DNA from: Dirinaria sp. TL-2023a
Taxonomy: Eukaryota
Assembly: GCA_051941275.1 (NCBI GenBank)
Contig: JAVEBF010000007.1
Location: 1-64,000 of the forward strand
Direction: 5' to 3'
DNA length: 64,000 nucleotides
Position numbers and translations under genes: made by a program. The notes under the pieces were generated by a model that saw only the letters and a list, made by a program, of their open reading frames with translations, ran no database searches and had not been told where the DNA came from. Shown piece after piece: positions 42,236-53,303 of the stretch (position 1 is the first letter of the stretch; the number at the start of each line of letters is the position of its first letter).

Positions 42236-43116
42236 ATGATTACTTTATACGGCTATGAGGTCAGTCTCATGTACTGGTTTGCGAGAATCGTAGCTAACGG
42301 CAAAGGGCAATCCCCGTACCCGGATTGTGCGGATAGTGGTTAGCAAGATTCCGACTAAGAAATGTGAAAGCTATTGATAGACGATCAGGCAGCAGCTGAG
42401 GAGATAGAGCTGGAACATGTTGAAGTTATCCCCAGGAACAATGTCGGCAGCGAAAACTATCTATCCAAGTTCCCTCTTAGCAGAGGGAAAATCCCTGGAC
42501 TTGTAGGGCCCAACATCGAGATCACCGAGACGATAGCGATCACTACGGTGAGTCCCCGCAGAGCATCAGCTTCATTCAGGCTGATGTTTTGAGCAAAAAG
42601 TACTTGTCCAAAATTTCAAACAAGAGGAAGCTCCTAGGTGACGATTCTTTGGAGCAAGAAGCTACCGTGCTTTCATGGATGAGTTGGGCAAACCAGGAGC
42701 TCTTGACTACTTTGGCTACTTGGTATCTGAAACCCTCGTTGTGTAAAAACGCGCAAACTTCTCATGCGTCGTTCAGGTTCCTTCCGCTCATACCAAATTG
42801 GTCTCGACCTGCGCTTTACGACCGAGCGGCGGTAGAGGCAGGCAAGGCCAATAGCTTGCAAATGCTGCATTCTCTTGAGGAGGTAGTCAGAGATCGAGAT
42901 TATCTTGTTGGTAACTGGACGACGCTGGCGGACATATTTGTGGCTGTTGTTGTATCTCGCGGATTGGAATGGGTCCTTTGTGAGGACTGGCGACAAAAAC
43001 ATCCAGCTATCATGCGCCACATCAAGGCCACGGCAGATTGGCAACCGTTTAAGACCGTGATTCCCTATTTCCAGCTCATCGAGAAAGAACCTCCAAACCA
43101 AAATCCATATAGTTAA
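42236..43116 (+). CDS. Glutathione S-transferase (EF1B-gamma-like GST)
   Basis: MITLYGYE|GNPRTRIVR...; KFPLSRGKIP; ETIAI; YLVGNWTTLADIF; several introns. Confidence 0.85.
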
Positions 43117-43214
43117 TTAGAGATGTGGTGGTTGAAATTCGCGTAATCGTTCAAAGCTTAATACACTTCGCTAATCGTGGTCTTGTATGAAAAAAGCAGA
43201 GCCTCTTGTATTCA

Positions 43215-44750
43215 TTATAAAACGACATCATTAATACTTCGTGCGACTTTAGTAATATTAGACGCATTGAGCCCACTAGATGTCTGACTTAGTAATAACT
43301 CTACGGAAGTCGAAAGCCCACATACGCGATAGAAAGCCGTCCTGTGTCCTGCAGATAAACATGATGCACTTCCTTGAGATGCTGGATCTCACGATGTGAG
43401 AAACCAGTATAGCTGATCGGTCAGTCATTATCCAAAGGGGTACACACCGGTCACGTACAGGAACATTCCCTTCTGCTGAGTGATGAAGTCCCAGTTTCGA
43501 TGGGATCCGAGGTCTTTGAGTGCTTGCTTTAATGAAACTCTCCTGTCTTGCAATTGACGCGATATCTCTTGTACATCTGCTTGCCAAACCCCCTTAAGCC
43601 AGCTGTTTTCTAAGATTGTCGAAAAAATGAGAGCACCGAACCGAGGTTGAGCTCCTGTTTCTGCCCGAGCCAAGAGCTTCATTTGAGTCTCTATGCGACG
43701 GGATATTGCTACAGTTGGAGCAGTCACATGAAGGCAACCCACACGCTCACCATATAGTCCGAAAGCTTTGCCGTACGTAGCAGCTACTAGGAGCGGAATT
43801 CCTGCTTTGGCAAACTTCCTAATGGGCTCGCAATCTGTTTCTACGTCACCACTCACGAAACCCATGTACGAAACATCGAGGAATGCAAAATGTTGTCGGG
43901 ATAAGAATGTCTTTATCAGTATGTCCCACTGTGAAGACGAAGGATCGCACCCTGTAGGATTGTTGCCGCATACTTGCAGGGCTATGATTGATTTCGAGGG
44001 TATTTTCCTGAGGGCAACATCAAGAGCGGATGCATCAAGATGGTGGATGTCGTTGTTGTAGTATGGTAGCGATGCGGTTTCGAACCCTTCGTGTCGAAAA
44101 ACATTGGGCAAATTCACTTCTCACAATTAGCGTCCAAAAGACACATTACCATTATCCTTACCCCAACTCTCAGCTGGCACGTATACTTTCGCAGACTGGT
44201 CTATTTCCTTAGGTCTATAGTGTCGTTTGAGAAATGCAGCACCCATGTGGCATGCGCCGCTGCCGCCCAGCGTCTGCATCGACGCCACACTTCCGCCAGG
44301 TATCAAAACTTGTTCTGAAAGTAAGAAGTTGAGGATCTTGAGTACTGACCAATCATCCTGCACTACAACTGCGTCATTCCCGAAGAGCAGTGTAGCGCTC
44401 AAGTCCCGAAACTTCTTCTCGCCTAAATGAGAAGAAGGATATTCGTGGTTCCAATTTGGATTGTCAAAGATTTTCTTCTTGGCCTATTAGTAGTCAGCCC
44501 CTTCTTTGCCTACGTGTATCGGAAACGGATATACAAGTCTAACGGATGGCAGGACAAACGGCTGCCCTTCTTCATTTTGGTATACGCCACACATCAGATC
44601 GACTTTGTCAGGGCTGATATCGTTCGTGAACTGAGACTGGAGGATATTGAGACTTTCTGTTAGACGCGATTAGACTAGTAAAGGAAGAAAGGAGAAAAAT
44701 GACCACATACCTAATCTTCCGGTTGGAATATCCTCAAAAGGGTTCAGCAT
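43215..44750 (-). CDS. Divergent aspartate/aromatic aminotransferase (PLP class I)
   Basis: DKVDLMCGVYQNEEGQPFVLPSV; QTLGGSGA; NPTGCD; YGKAFGLYGERVG (PLP Lys); QKGMF; GRLSI|AGLN. Confidence 0.9.
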
Positions 44751-45142
44751 CTTAGGAATTTCCTACACGTAAAATGCTCGACGGAAAACCCAATGAACTG
44801 CTCGAACTTGATCGACACGAGACACCCTCCATTTTAAAAGGCTCTGTGGGGGTCAATCATCAGCCTCGGACAATGGCACGGGGCTAGCGTACGAAGCGGC
44901 GGGGTAGGAAAGTGATTGTTTGCCCTAGGCTTCGGAGGACGATGCTCCAGTGCCTACGCCGGCGAGATGCAGCGATCCCGCTTTTCACGCCAAACATCCT
45001 GTGATTGTCCAATAATGGTATAAAAGCTATAAGATAACGGCTCCGGCGAATACTTGACTGTTGTTCATTCTTATCGACACAGTTGAATCAGCCCAAAACT
45101 GTTTATACGAGACTGAAATTTCTAGCAGATAGAACCTTGATA

Positions 45143-46788
45143 ATGTACCTCTTCAGCACGCGCATTTGAAGCTGTTACTCATGCTTTTTAGGGCCGACGA
45201 AAAAGCTGCTGTGTTAGCTCGACTTACAGCGCTTGAACCCACTATAAAGCACATTTGTGCCGTTGCAGGGACCCCGGGCATTTCCATTGGAGTGTCATTC
45301 AAGGGCGAAGCTATCTATCGTGCGAGCTATGGTGTTAAAGACGTTGAAGCCTCGTTACCTACAGATTCCGACACCGTATTCCCCATTGGAACCTTGGCCA
45401 AAACCTTTACTGCATCTGCAATAGGCATGCTTGTCCATGAGGGTTTGTTAAAATGGGACACACCAATACGCGATATACTTCCCAATTTCAAAAGTAAGAA
45501 TTCAACTGTGGAGGAGAATCTGACCATTGTGGATCTGCTGTCTCATAGAAGTGGTCTTGCGAGATCCAATTACTGGTGGCAGGGTGCGGAAAGGGCCCTG
45601 CTTCTAGAAAAACAGGAACTGCTGCCGTTCTACAGCAAGCTTGAAAAAACAGGCTCCTTTCGTGGCGACTGGGCATACAGCAATTGGGGTTACGCGGTGG
45701 CCGGCGAAGTCATAGAAAGGCTCAGCGGCATGAGCTTTGGGGCGTATGTCTCCAAAAACGTACTCGAGCCGTTGCAACTCAAGAATACTACCATGCAGGC
45801 TGTAAATGCGAACTCGAACTGGGCAAAACCCTATGCTGCGCTTGACGATGCATCGCCTTTTCTTCTTCCTCGTTACTCGTTCAGCGACGAGAATATCATG
45901 AATCCGGCTATGGGTGGTGCGAGCAGCGCCAACGATCTTTTGAAATACTCCATGGCATTGCTCGAATCACATCGTTTCGAAAGTGGGAAATGTTCGGCGG
46001 TAGCAGCCCTCAAGAATGGGCTCATGCACCTCTCTGGCCATATTTTCACAGCCAAAGCGACGTTGGAGAAATCGTACGCATTCGGCTTCTACCGCAGTCA
46101 GCTCCCAAGCAATGTTCTAGGCATGGGTTGGAACTCCATCTATGTCAAAAGCATGCCAAAATTGGTGCCTCGTGGTCACTGTGGCCCTGTTATTGCCCAC
46201 GGGGGCAGTCTTCCCGGGTATCATAGCTCCATTGCCATTCTACCTGAGATCGATGCCAGCGTCATTGTATGCACGAATTCAATAGCTTTGGGCGACACTT
46301 CCGGCTGGACTAGCCTTGCGCTCATTGAGGCTCTGATAGACACACCCACGCCGTCGGATTTTCGTAGCTTGGCCTCGGAGGCAGCTGAAAATAATGTGCG
46401 CAACGTTTCGAAGCTTCTGAAGAGCCTTGAAGAGGCAAAAAAGCCGGGCACGACTCACAAGCCGCTCGATGAATACGTTGGACGTTACACTGACTCGCTA
46501 CATGACTGGATTATCGATGTCCACAAGAAAGAGAACAACGGCCTGGAGGTTGCGTTCCAGGGGCTCGAGAGTCAAACTTGGGCATTGAGTCATTACGAAT
46601 GCGACACATTCCTGTGGCTGGCCTCCCGTGAGGAGCAAGCAAAGCGGTGCAGAATGACGACGTATCCGCTGATCGGCAATCATTTCAAGATTATTTTCCA
46701 ACAAAATGCAGCAGGTGCCATCGATCGACTCTGCTGGCCTCACGAAGCTGCTGTTCCAGTAAACGAGCAATACTTTACCAAATTGTAA
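45143..46788 (+). CDS. Beta-lactamase/transpeptidase-fold (peptidase S12-like) protein
   Basis: FPIGTLAK at the SxxK position; DLLSHRSG; YSNWGY; HGGSLPG; C-terminal extension LDEYVGRY. Confidence 0.88.
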
Positions 46789-46858
46789 CCATCTTTTACG
46801 TAGGGATACTAAGTTCATGTATGCAGTCGTTGTATATGTACGTATTGCAGAGTAAGCA

Positions 46859-48715
46859 TCATTCTATGGTCACGTGCCACTCCTTGCGAATCTCTTCCGC
46901 CTTCTTAAGAAGATCTTTCCTGCCTTTCCTCGTGTTGACCACCACTGTTGCCATGTATGTCATATCCACTGCGTCTGGAGGGGTTACATACTGTCCGCGG
47001 GCAAATATATTATTATAGAGAGGAATACATTCCATCAAGTCCGGACGGGACCGCCTCAGTTCCTCGGTAGGATCGGGTGACGTTAGAATACCACCTTTCT
47101 CGGGCATGATGAGCACTAGAGCACTCGAGTGCTGTGGACCGTGCACAAAGGGAGCCGCGAATGCCTTGAAACGTTGCTCGTCTCCTATGCAGCGAAGGAC
47201 ATGCATGGCATAGAGATCGACGCCATATGTCCAAGTCAAGGCCTGAAGGCCATAGTAACCGGCGGGGCGTGGGTTCACTTCAAGCATGAAAATACCAGGT
47301 TTCGTGCTAGGGGGTGATGCTTTGAACTCCAGATCGACGGTACCACTCCTATCAGTATAGGCCATTGAAGAGTTTTGGATCCGAGCCTCAATATGGAACA
47401 AACCTGTACGGAAACCCATGCGTAAGACACTGTCCCGAAGACACGAGACTGCCAATTCCTGCTCTGATTGCGGCAATACAGAAGGATAGACGAACATGGT
47501 CTCTTGAAAGTCATTACGTCCATGTCCCACCTTGTCGTTCTTGGAGACATCGGCAGCGCAGGGAAAGTTATCTGACACATCGGCAAAGAGGACTTCTCCG
47601 TCCCACAAAGCCATGTCGACGTCAATTTCAGGGCCGTCTATGTACGGTTCTACCATTATCTTCGATTGGATTGGCTTGCCTGCTTCGTATCCGATGACAC
47701 GTGAGCGCGCTTTCGTGACGGCGGCCAACATCTCGGCCTCTGTATTGACTTTGACTACACCCCAGCTTGTCCGACCAGTACAGGGTTTGACGACAATGGG
47801 ATAATCAACCTTTAGCGAGCGCAGCCGTTGCTGCAGCTCTTCTTCGTCTGTAACGCACAAGGCAGAGTTATGATCATGCTCTAGCATCCGAGCTCCATAT
47901 TTGTCCGTGGCAATCGCAAATGCAGAGGGCGGAGATGCCGGTAGTCCCAGTAGGTTGGCGGCTAGAGCGACCTTTGTGTGGAAAATATCAAAACGGGTAT
48001 GCAGGCCATCTACCTTCTGCCCTTGCAAAGCATCGACGATGCGTTGAGGAAGCGCTGCGTCGGGATTCAGATCAATAGGGCAAAAAGCCTCCCGTAAATG
48101 GGCCAATGGGCCGTTGGGATCCTCGAGATAGTGGCCTGGCTGGTCCAGCACAACAAGTCCTAACCCCATAGCCTTGATTGTCTCGTATGAGAGATTTTCA
48201 GGCAAACAGCCTACGATTGCAACCCTTTTATATCGTATAGGTTCAGGCAGTAACCATTGGATGGAGAGACGATTCGTGATCTCTAGTTCTAACTTCTCCA
48301 AACTATCCTCAATGCGTCCGCATTCCACCGATTGGACGGAGATCGCTCCTATTGCAGAGTCTAGGATGGTTTGCAGTTGGTTGGCAGCGCTCTGCTCTTT
48401 CTCAGGTTTAAAAGCTAGAACATGCTGTCGAGGGGCGACAAATCTAGAAGCCAACTTGACAAGTTCACAACCAAAAAAGCGAAACTCTACCATGTCTGAG
48501 CGTGCGACGTATCCCTCACGAGCAGCGAGAATGACCTTGATTCCCAGGCGCTTCGCATCGGTCGCAACATCGTGCGCGCGTTGAATGAAGCTTGAGATGG
48601 CTGATTGACTCTTGGAGAGTGAAGTCGTGCAGTCATGGTCGTACCCGACCGCCGGGTGCGCATTCGAACACTCGTCTTCGATAAGGAGGTCAACCGTTCG
48701 GACGTCGAGAGACAT
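46859..48715 (-). CDS. ATP-grasp amino-acid ligase (FsqD/AnkG-like fungal type)
   Basis: AFAIATDKY; YPIVVKPCTGRTSWGV; VEPYIDGPEID; FHIEAR; LEVNPRPAG. A short upstream exon (about 48750-48950) is possible. Confidence 0.9.
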   Translation of the reverse strand: MSLDVRTVDLLIEDECSNAHPAVGYDHDCTTSLSKSQSAISSFIQRAHDVATDAKRLGIKVILAAREGYVARSDMVEFRFFGCELVKLASRFVAPRQHVLAFKPEKEQSAANQLQTILDSAIGAISVQSVECGRIEDSLEKLELEITNRLSIQWLLPEPIRYKRVAIVGCLPENLSYETIKAMGLGLVVLDQPGHYLEDPNGPLAHLREAFCPIDLNPDAALPQRIVDALQGQKVDGLHTRFDIFHTKVALAANLLGLPASPPSAFAIATDKYGARMLEHDHNSALCVTDEEELQQRLRSLKVDYPIVVKPCTGRTSWGVVKVNTEAEMLAAVTKARSRVIGYEAGKPIQSKIMVEPYIDGPEIDVDMALWDGEVLFADVSDNFPCAADVSKNDKVGHGRNDFQETMFVYPSVLPQSEQELAVSCLRDSVLRMGFRTGLFHIEARIQNSSMAYTDRSGTVDLEFKASPPSTKPGIFMLEVNPRPAGYYGLQALTWTYGVDLYAMHVLRCIGDEQRFKAFAAPFVHGPQHSSALVLIMPEKGGILTSPDPTEELRRSRPDLMECIPLYNNIFARGQYVTPPDAVDMTYMATVVVNTRKGRKDLLKKAEEIRKEWHVTIE

Positions 48716-49128
48716 CCTCCAGCCATTGTTGCGCCATTGGAAGTGGCTTCGCTTCGCTGGATGAAGAGGTTGTCATTAAAATGTTGTCCCAGGAACGAAT
48801 TTTGGAGGTGCATGAGGATACGTACCAGAGGATCCAGCGTATTCGTTCATATTTCAGGGGGGCCTGCTATTTCGAGGGTCGCACTGGCGTCATGAAGCGT
48901 CTCGGACACCGGAACGCTCTCCCAAAATGGAAAGCAACGACAATACATTTTCACTGGCTCGCGAATTGGGAGTGAGAGCACAGTACTCAGTGGTCATCGG
49001 AATTAGCTACAAAAGAAAGTTCTTGCTGATGTCCGACTCGGCCGTCGTGCAAATAAGAATGTCCGCTAAGCTCGCTCAACACTAGCGGCGTTAGTGTATG
49101 GCCACCTGCCAAGATTGGGTGCCAGATA

Positions 49129-49335
49129 ATCTGATAAAAAGCGGATCTCTCTCGGCCGAGTCGGAGATCATCAGATTAGACAACACATCTCACATGAAAT
49201 CATGTCCGAAACGCATTCGACTTTCGACAATCTTTGATTTTCACGAAAGCCCGACTTCGGAAGATGTCGGACACTAGTTGCTTACTGACTGTGGCATGGG
49301 AAGGGAAGCGTATTATCTGATAAGATCATCTTATC
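49129..49335. promoter_or_regulatory. Cluster of SreA-type GATA boxes in the ATP-grasp/POT divergent promoter
   Basis: ATCTGATAA at 49129; TTATCTGATAA at 49313-49323 matches ATCWGATAA on both strands; GATAAGAT-C-ATCTTATC inverted repeat at 49319-49335. Confidence 0.7.
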
Positions 49336-49478
49336 TCATCGCATCAATTGTAAGTCATCGTAATTGCTCCCCCTTATTTAGAAAAAGGCCTTTCTTTCGA
49401 GGTTTTACAGCAACACGTGCCGAGTCTCTATTTTAAAAGTTTTTTGAGCCGTTCTCAAGTCTTTCGAAAATCGATAGA

Positions 49479-51410
49479 ATGGTGACCACCGGAATTAATG
49501 AGACAAAAAGTGAAAATGAAAAGGACGTGGATGTCGAACAAAGTCACCCTGACCCAAAACCTACCCACACATCAGCCGAAGGCGAGCCTGCGACTGAGGA
49601 GGAATTGCAAAATCTATTCCATGTCGTCGATGACATACCCATCGGGGTATGGCTTGCGGCCTTCGTGGCCTCCGCAGAACGGTTCACTTGGTTCGGCGCG
49701 ACGGGTCCTCTACGTTAGGCTTGTTTTCCCAGATGTATTCAAATTACTAATATAGTGCAGAAAACTACCTTCAACATGATCGCCATAGCGGAATCCCAGG
49801 AGCCTTAGGGCTGCAACAAGCAACAGCTACGCTGGTCATGACCAGTTTCATGGCTTTCTCTTATTTTACCCCTCTGCTCGGAGCAATAGTTGCAGACGCG
49901 TGCCTCGGCCGCTATAGGACGACTTTCGTGTCCGCACTGTAGGTTTCCCGTAATGAGGTTGTTCAGGACTGACATCCTTGCTAGTATTGTCTCCCTTGGG
50001 GCTCTGATTCTGAACTTGACGTCCATCCCGGCTGCAATACAGCACGAGGGTGTTGCGGCTGCCGGACTGGCCGTGGCAATGCTTTTGTTTTCATTTGGGT
50101 CTGGTGGGGTCAGAGCCGCCGTCACGCCCTTCATAGGTACGTCGGTCTCCTGCTACTTGTCAACAATCCAGCTGACTGATCTACCAGCCGACCAATACAC
50201 CGAGACAGTTCCAAGGATTAAGATCTTGAAAAATGGAGAGAAAGTCGTCGCTGATCGCGAGCTTACCATCTCCTACATCTACAACGCTTATTATTGGTAT
50301 GCAACGTCCATAAATACGAACGTGGTCTGATTGCTGCTATAGGATGGTCAATATTGCGGGCCTGGCAGCCCTTGGCACAACGTTCTTGGAAAAGTATGTT
50401 GGCTTTTGGGCAGCATTTCTGCCTCCTGTTGGCGCCATGGCCCTTGGTGTACTCCCGCTCCTGCTGTTCAGAAGAAAATTTGGTAAGTCACTATACAGCC
50501 TTCGTATCAAGATGTTGACGGTAAAATTCCAGTTAGGCATGCTCCTTCCGGCGCAGTCTTGGTCAAAGCTTGCCGAGCCATATGGCTTGCCATTAGAGGC
50601 GGATTTTGCATGAATGCAGCCAAACCAGAAAATCAGGTGGAGAAATGCTATAGGGAAGTTCCCTGGGATGACCGGTTCATTGACGAACTCAAGCTTGCAC
50701 TTTTTGCCTGCCGGATTCTGTAAGTGATCCATCTTTGAATATGCAGCGCTGACAATGGTAGACTAGTCTTTCCATTCCATTGGCTCTGCCTTAATCAGAC
50801 CTTCAACAATCTGATATCCCAAGCAGGCCAGATGGTCAATTCTGGCGTACCAAATGATGCTATCAAATCAACAAACCCTTTGACAGGCATCTTATTCTAT
50901 CCGTTCGTCCAGAAACTCGTGTATCCATGGTTACGGCGACGCCACATCAAGTTTCGCTCTTGCGCCCGCATCACATTTGGTTTCTTCCTTCTAGCCGCCG
51001 CAATGGGCTATGCAGCAGGTCTACAGCAAATGATTTACAATAGCGGACCCTGCTACAACGAGCCGCTCAAATGCCCTTCATCAAATGGTGGCCGGGTTCC
51101 CAACCAGATTTCAATGTTCTTGCAGGTGCCGATTTATTCGGTTGGGGGGATGGCAGAGTTGTTTTGCCTCCCTACCGGCACGGAGCACGCATACAACCAA
51201 GCACCGAAAAGTATGCGGTCCATTATACAGTCTGTCTCGATCGCTATGGCCGGAGTTGGTGCGTGTCTCGCAATGGCTTTTACTCCACTTGCAAAGGATC
51301 CGCACCTTGTCATTCTGTACACATGCTTGACGGGCATTCTGGTTGCTGCTACGGCCACTTTCTACTTTTGTTTCAGGAGCATTGATAAGGAAAAAATTGA
51401 GATGCTTTGA
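49479..51410 (+). CDS. POT/PTR2-family oligopeptide transporter (MFS)
   Basis: AERFTWFG; GALGLQQATA; GAIVADACLGRYRT; GSGGVRAAVTPFI|ADQY; YNQAPKSMRS; several introns. Confidence 0.9.
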
Positions 51411-51935
51411 ATTACAGCGGTTTAGATAAAAATCCCAATTCCCTTAGCAACGAGGAGATGATACAGATCAAAAGAGAATAGAGCTTGCCAACACAATTAG
51501 AGATAGATAGAGCATCAATAGAGACTAACATGCTAGATGTGTCGAAGTTTGACGAAGCTAAGACAAATTTGCATTCAGCAATTGAGTTCAGCTTCTGCTA
51601 TCTGAGGAGCAAGATCGGTCAGAGTCTAGGTCTAAGTACCTCGTGCGTTCGGGGATTTCAAAAGTCAATAATGTAGGCTAAGGAAAGAACAGAGCTCCAG
51701 CAAAATAAAGTTTTCACGAAGTGACGATGGACCAATTCGCCATGAAAGTGCCACTGTCAAATCGACAAATCGTTAAGTGCCAAAAAAAAAAAACGCTAGA
51801 AAAAGATGGCTTTTGCAATTTTAATTCTGAAACATCGAATTGAGAAGAAATACATTGATAGACGATAGTAAGTACTTTAGTGATCAATGCAACATGTAGG
51901 GAGAGAAAGAATTCTGGATGTCAGCACACCCCAAA

Positions 51936-52787
51936 TCAGCTTGCTACGTCATACGCATATCGTTCTGCATTCTGATTGCTTTCAGCCACCCAGCCATTGA
52001 TGTACGTCGGGACTCCTTTGGTCGAATTTGTCGGCGCTGGAACAGGTTCCCCTAACTGCAGAAAAGCAGGTATGACCCCTGCCCACACCTTTTCCCTCAT
52101 TCTCTCATCCTTCAGGTCCTTCCTATCCTCTCCTGTCGTTCCAACGCGGATTTTGGCGCTCGCACTTTCAATCTCTACGCGCAAAATGCCCGTGCTGTTT
52201 AGCTCCGTGGCGTTTGGGTATCGGGTGTTCTCCCATCGCTGAGGAACGAGATTGTTAGTGATGAGCTCCATAGCGTAAATTCTCTCAGCTTCGTCTTTCA
52301 CAAAGTACGCATGGCCAAATACCACGGCAGAGCGGTAGTTGCAGCTGTGGTGGTTAGGTGTCAGAGCGAGGACGATGCCGTCAAGCTGAGTCGCGGCGAC
52401 GCAGACCGGAATGCTGCCCGTCGGCTCTGCTCCATCTTTGGCGTCATGCGCTAGTCGCAGAAAACGCGAGGACACATAGCCGTGGAGATAGATCACGCGG
52501 CACTGATCTCGGTCTTCTGTGTCCGAATTCGGATAATTGCTGCTACATCCTAGCATGGGGAGTATGACAGGGAAGGTGGGTTTCCTTTCTTCTGCTTCTG
52601 TTTCAAAGGACACGTGTAGAATAGGAGTTTCGTCCACGATTGTATTGACCGTATGGTAGTCATATTTACCTCCATTCGCGGCGCCTGTCAGTTTCTCGCT
52701 TATTAAATAGCGGAGAAGTCCCAAACCTCTGTTTCTATATCTGTTAACGGTGTTCAATTTGGTTTTCTCCCATCCTTGATACTCCAT
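51936..52787 (-). CDS. Pyridoxamine-5'-phosphate-oxidase-like split-barrel flavin-nucleotide-binding protein (NimA/FDOR-like)
   Basis: NTVNRYRNR|GKYDY; ILHVSF; IYLHGYVSSR; LDGIVLALTPNHHSCNYRSAVVFG; SASAKIR; VWAGVIP; one in-frame 57-nt intron. Confidence 0.85.
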   Translation of the reverse strand: MEYQGWEKTKLNTVNRYRNRGLGLLRYLISEKLTGAANGGKYDYHTVNTIVDETPILHVSFETEAEERKPTFPVILPMLGCSSNYPNSDTEDRDQCRVIYLHGYVSSRFLRLAHDAKDGAEPTGSIPVCVAATQLDGIVLALTPNHHSCNYRSAVVFGHAYFVKDEAERIYAMELITNNLVPQRWENTRYPNATELNSTGILRVEIESASAKIRVGTTGEDRKDLKDERMREKVWAGVIPAFLQLGEPVPAPTNSTKGVPTYINGWVAESNQNAERYAYDVAS

Positions 52788-53303
52788 ATCCGCTGTGACT
52801 GATTTTGGGTATAATGAGCAGATTCGCAATAGAGCAATCGGATATTATACTTACATGACTGAGAAATACCGTTGACTGTCCTGTCTAGAGTTGAAGAGTT
52901 CCCGAATATTGACAAAAGCAAGTACGGCTTAGCAAATTTCGGCCGAGACCTTTAGACAATCATAGCGCGTGTCCACTCGAGCATACTACATGGTAAGCCT
53001 TGCGGCGCGGCTCATCATTTAATTAATTTGCATATGCATATGCCATTACGTCCCACGCATTGACCTGTAACGGCGCCAAGCCACCATTAAACGGTCGACA
53101 GAGTGGGGTGTTTTGGCATACGGTGTGGTGGTCGTCTGACGATCGTATTGGACTCTCGGACAGGCGATCGACCTTTCCATACACCGTGGCCCCTGTAGGT
53201 GCTCATAAGTCCGACTAGTCAGGCTTGGAAGAGCATTATTATAGCCGTAAGTAAAGGGAGCCCTTGCCCAAATCGTCCTTCGCACCACCTGAGGCTGCCA
53301 GCC

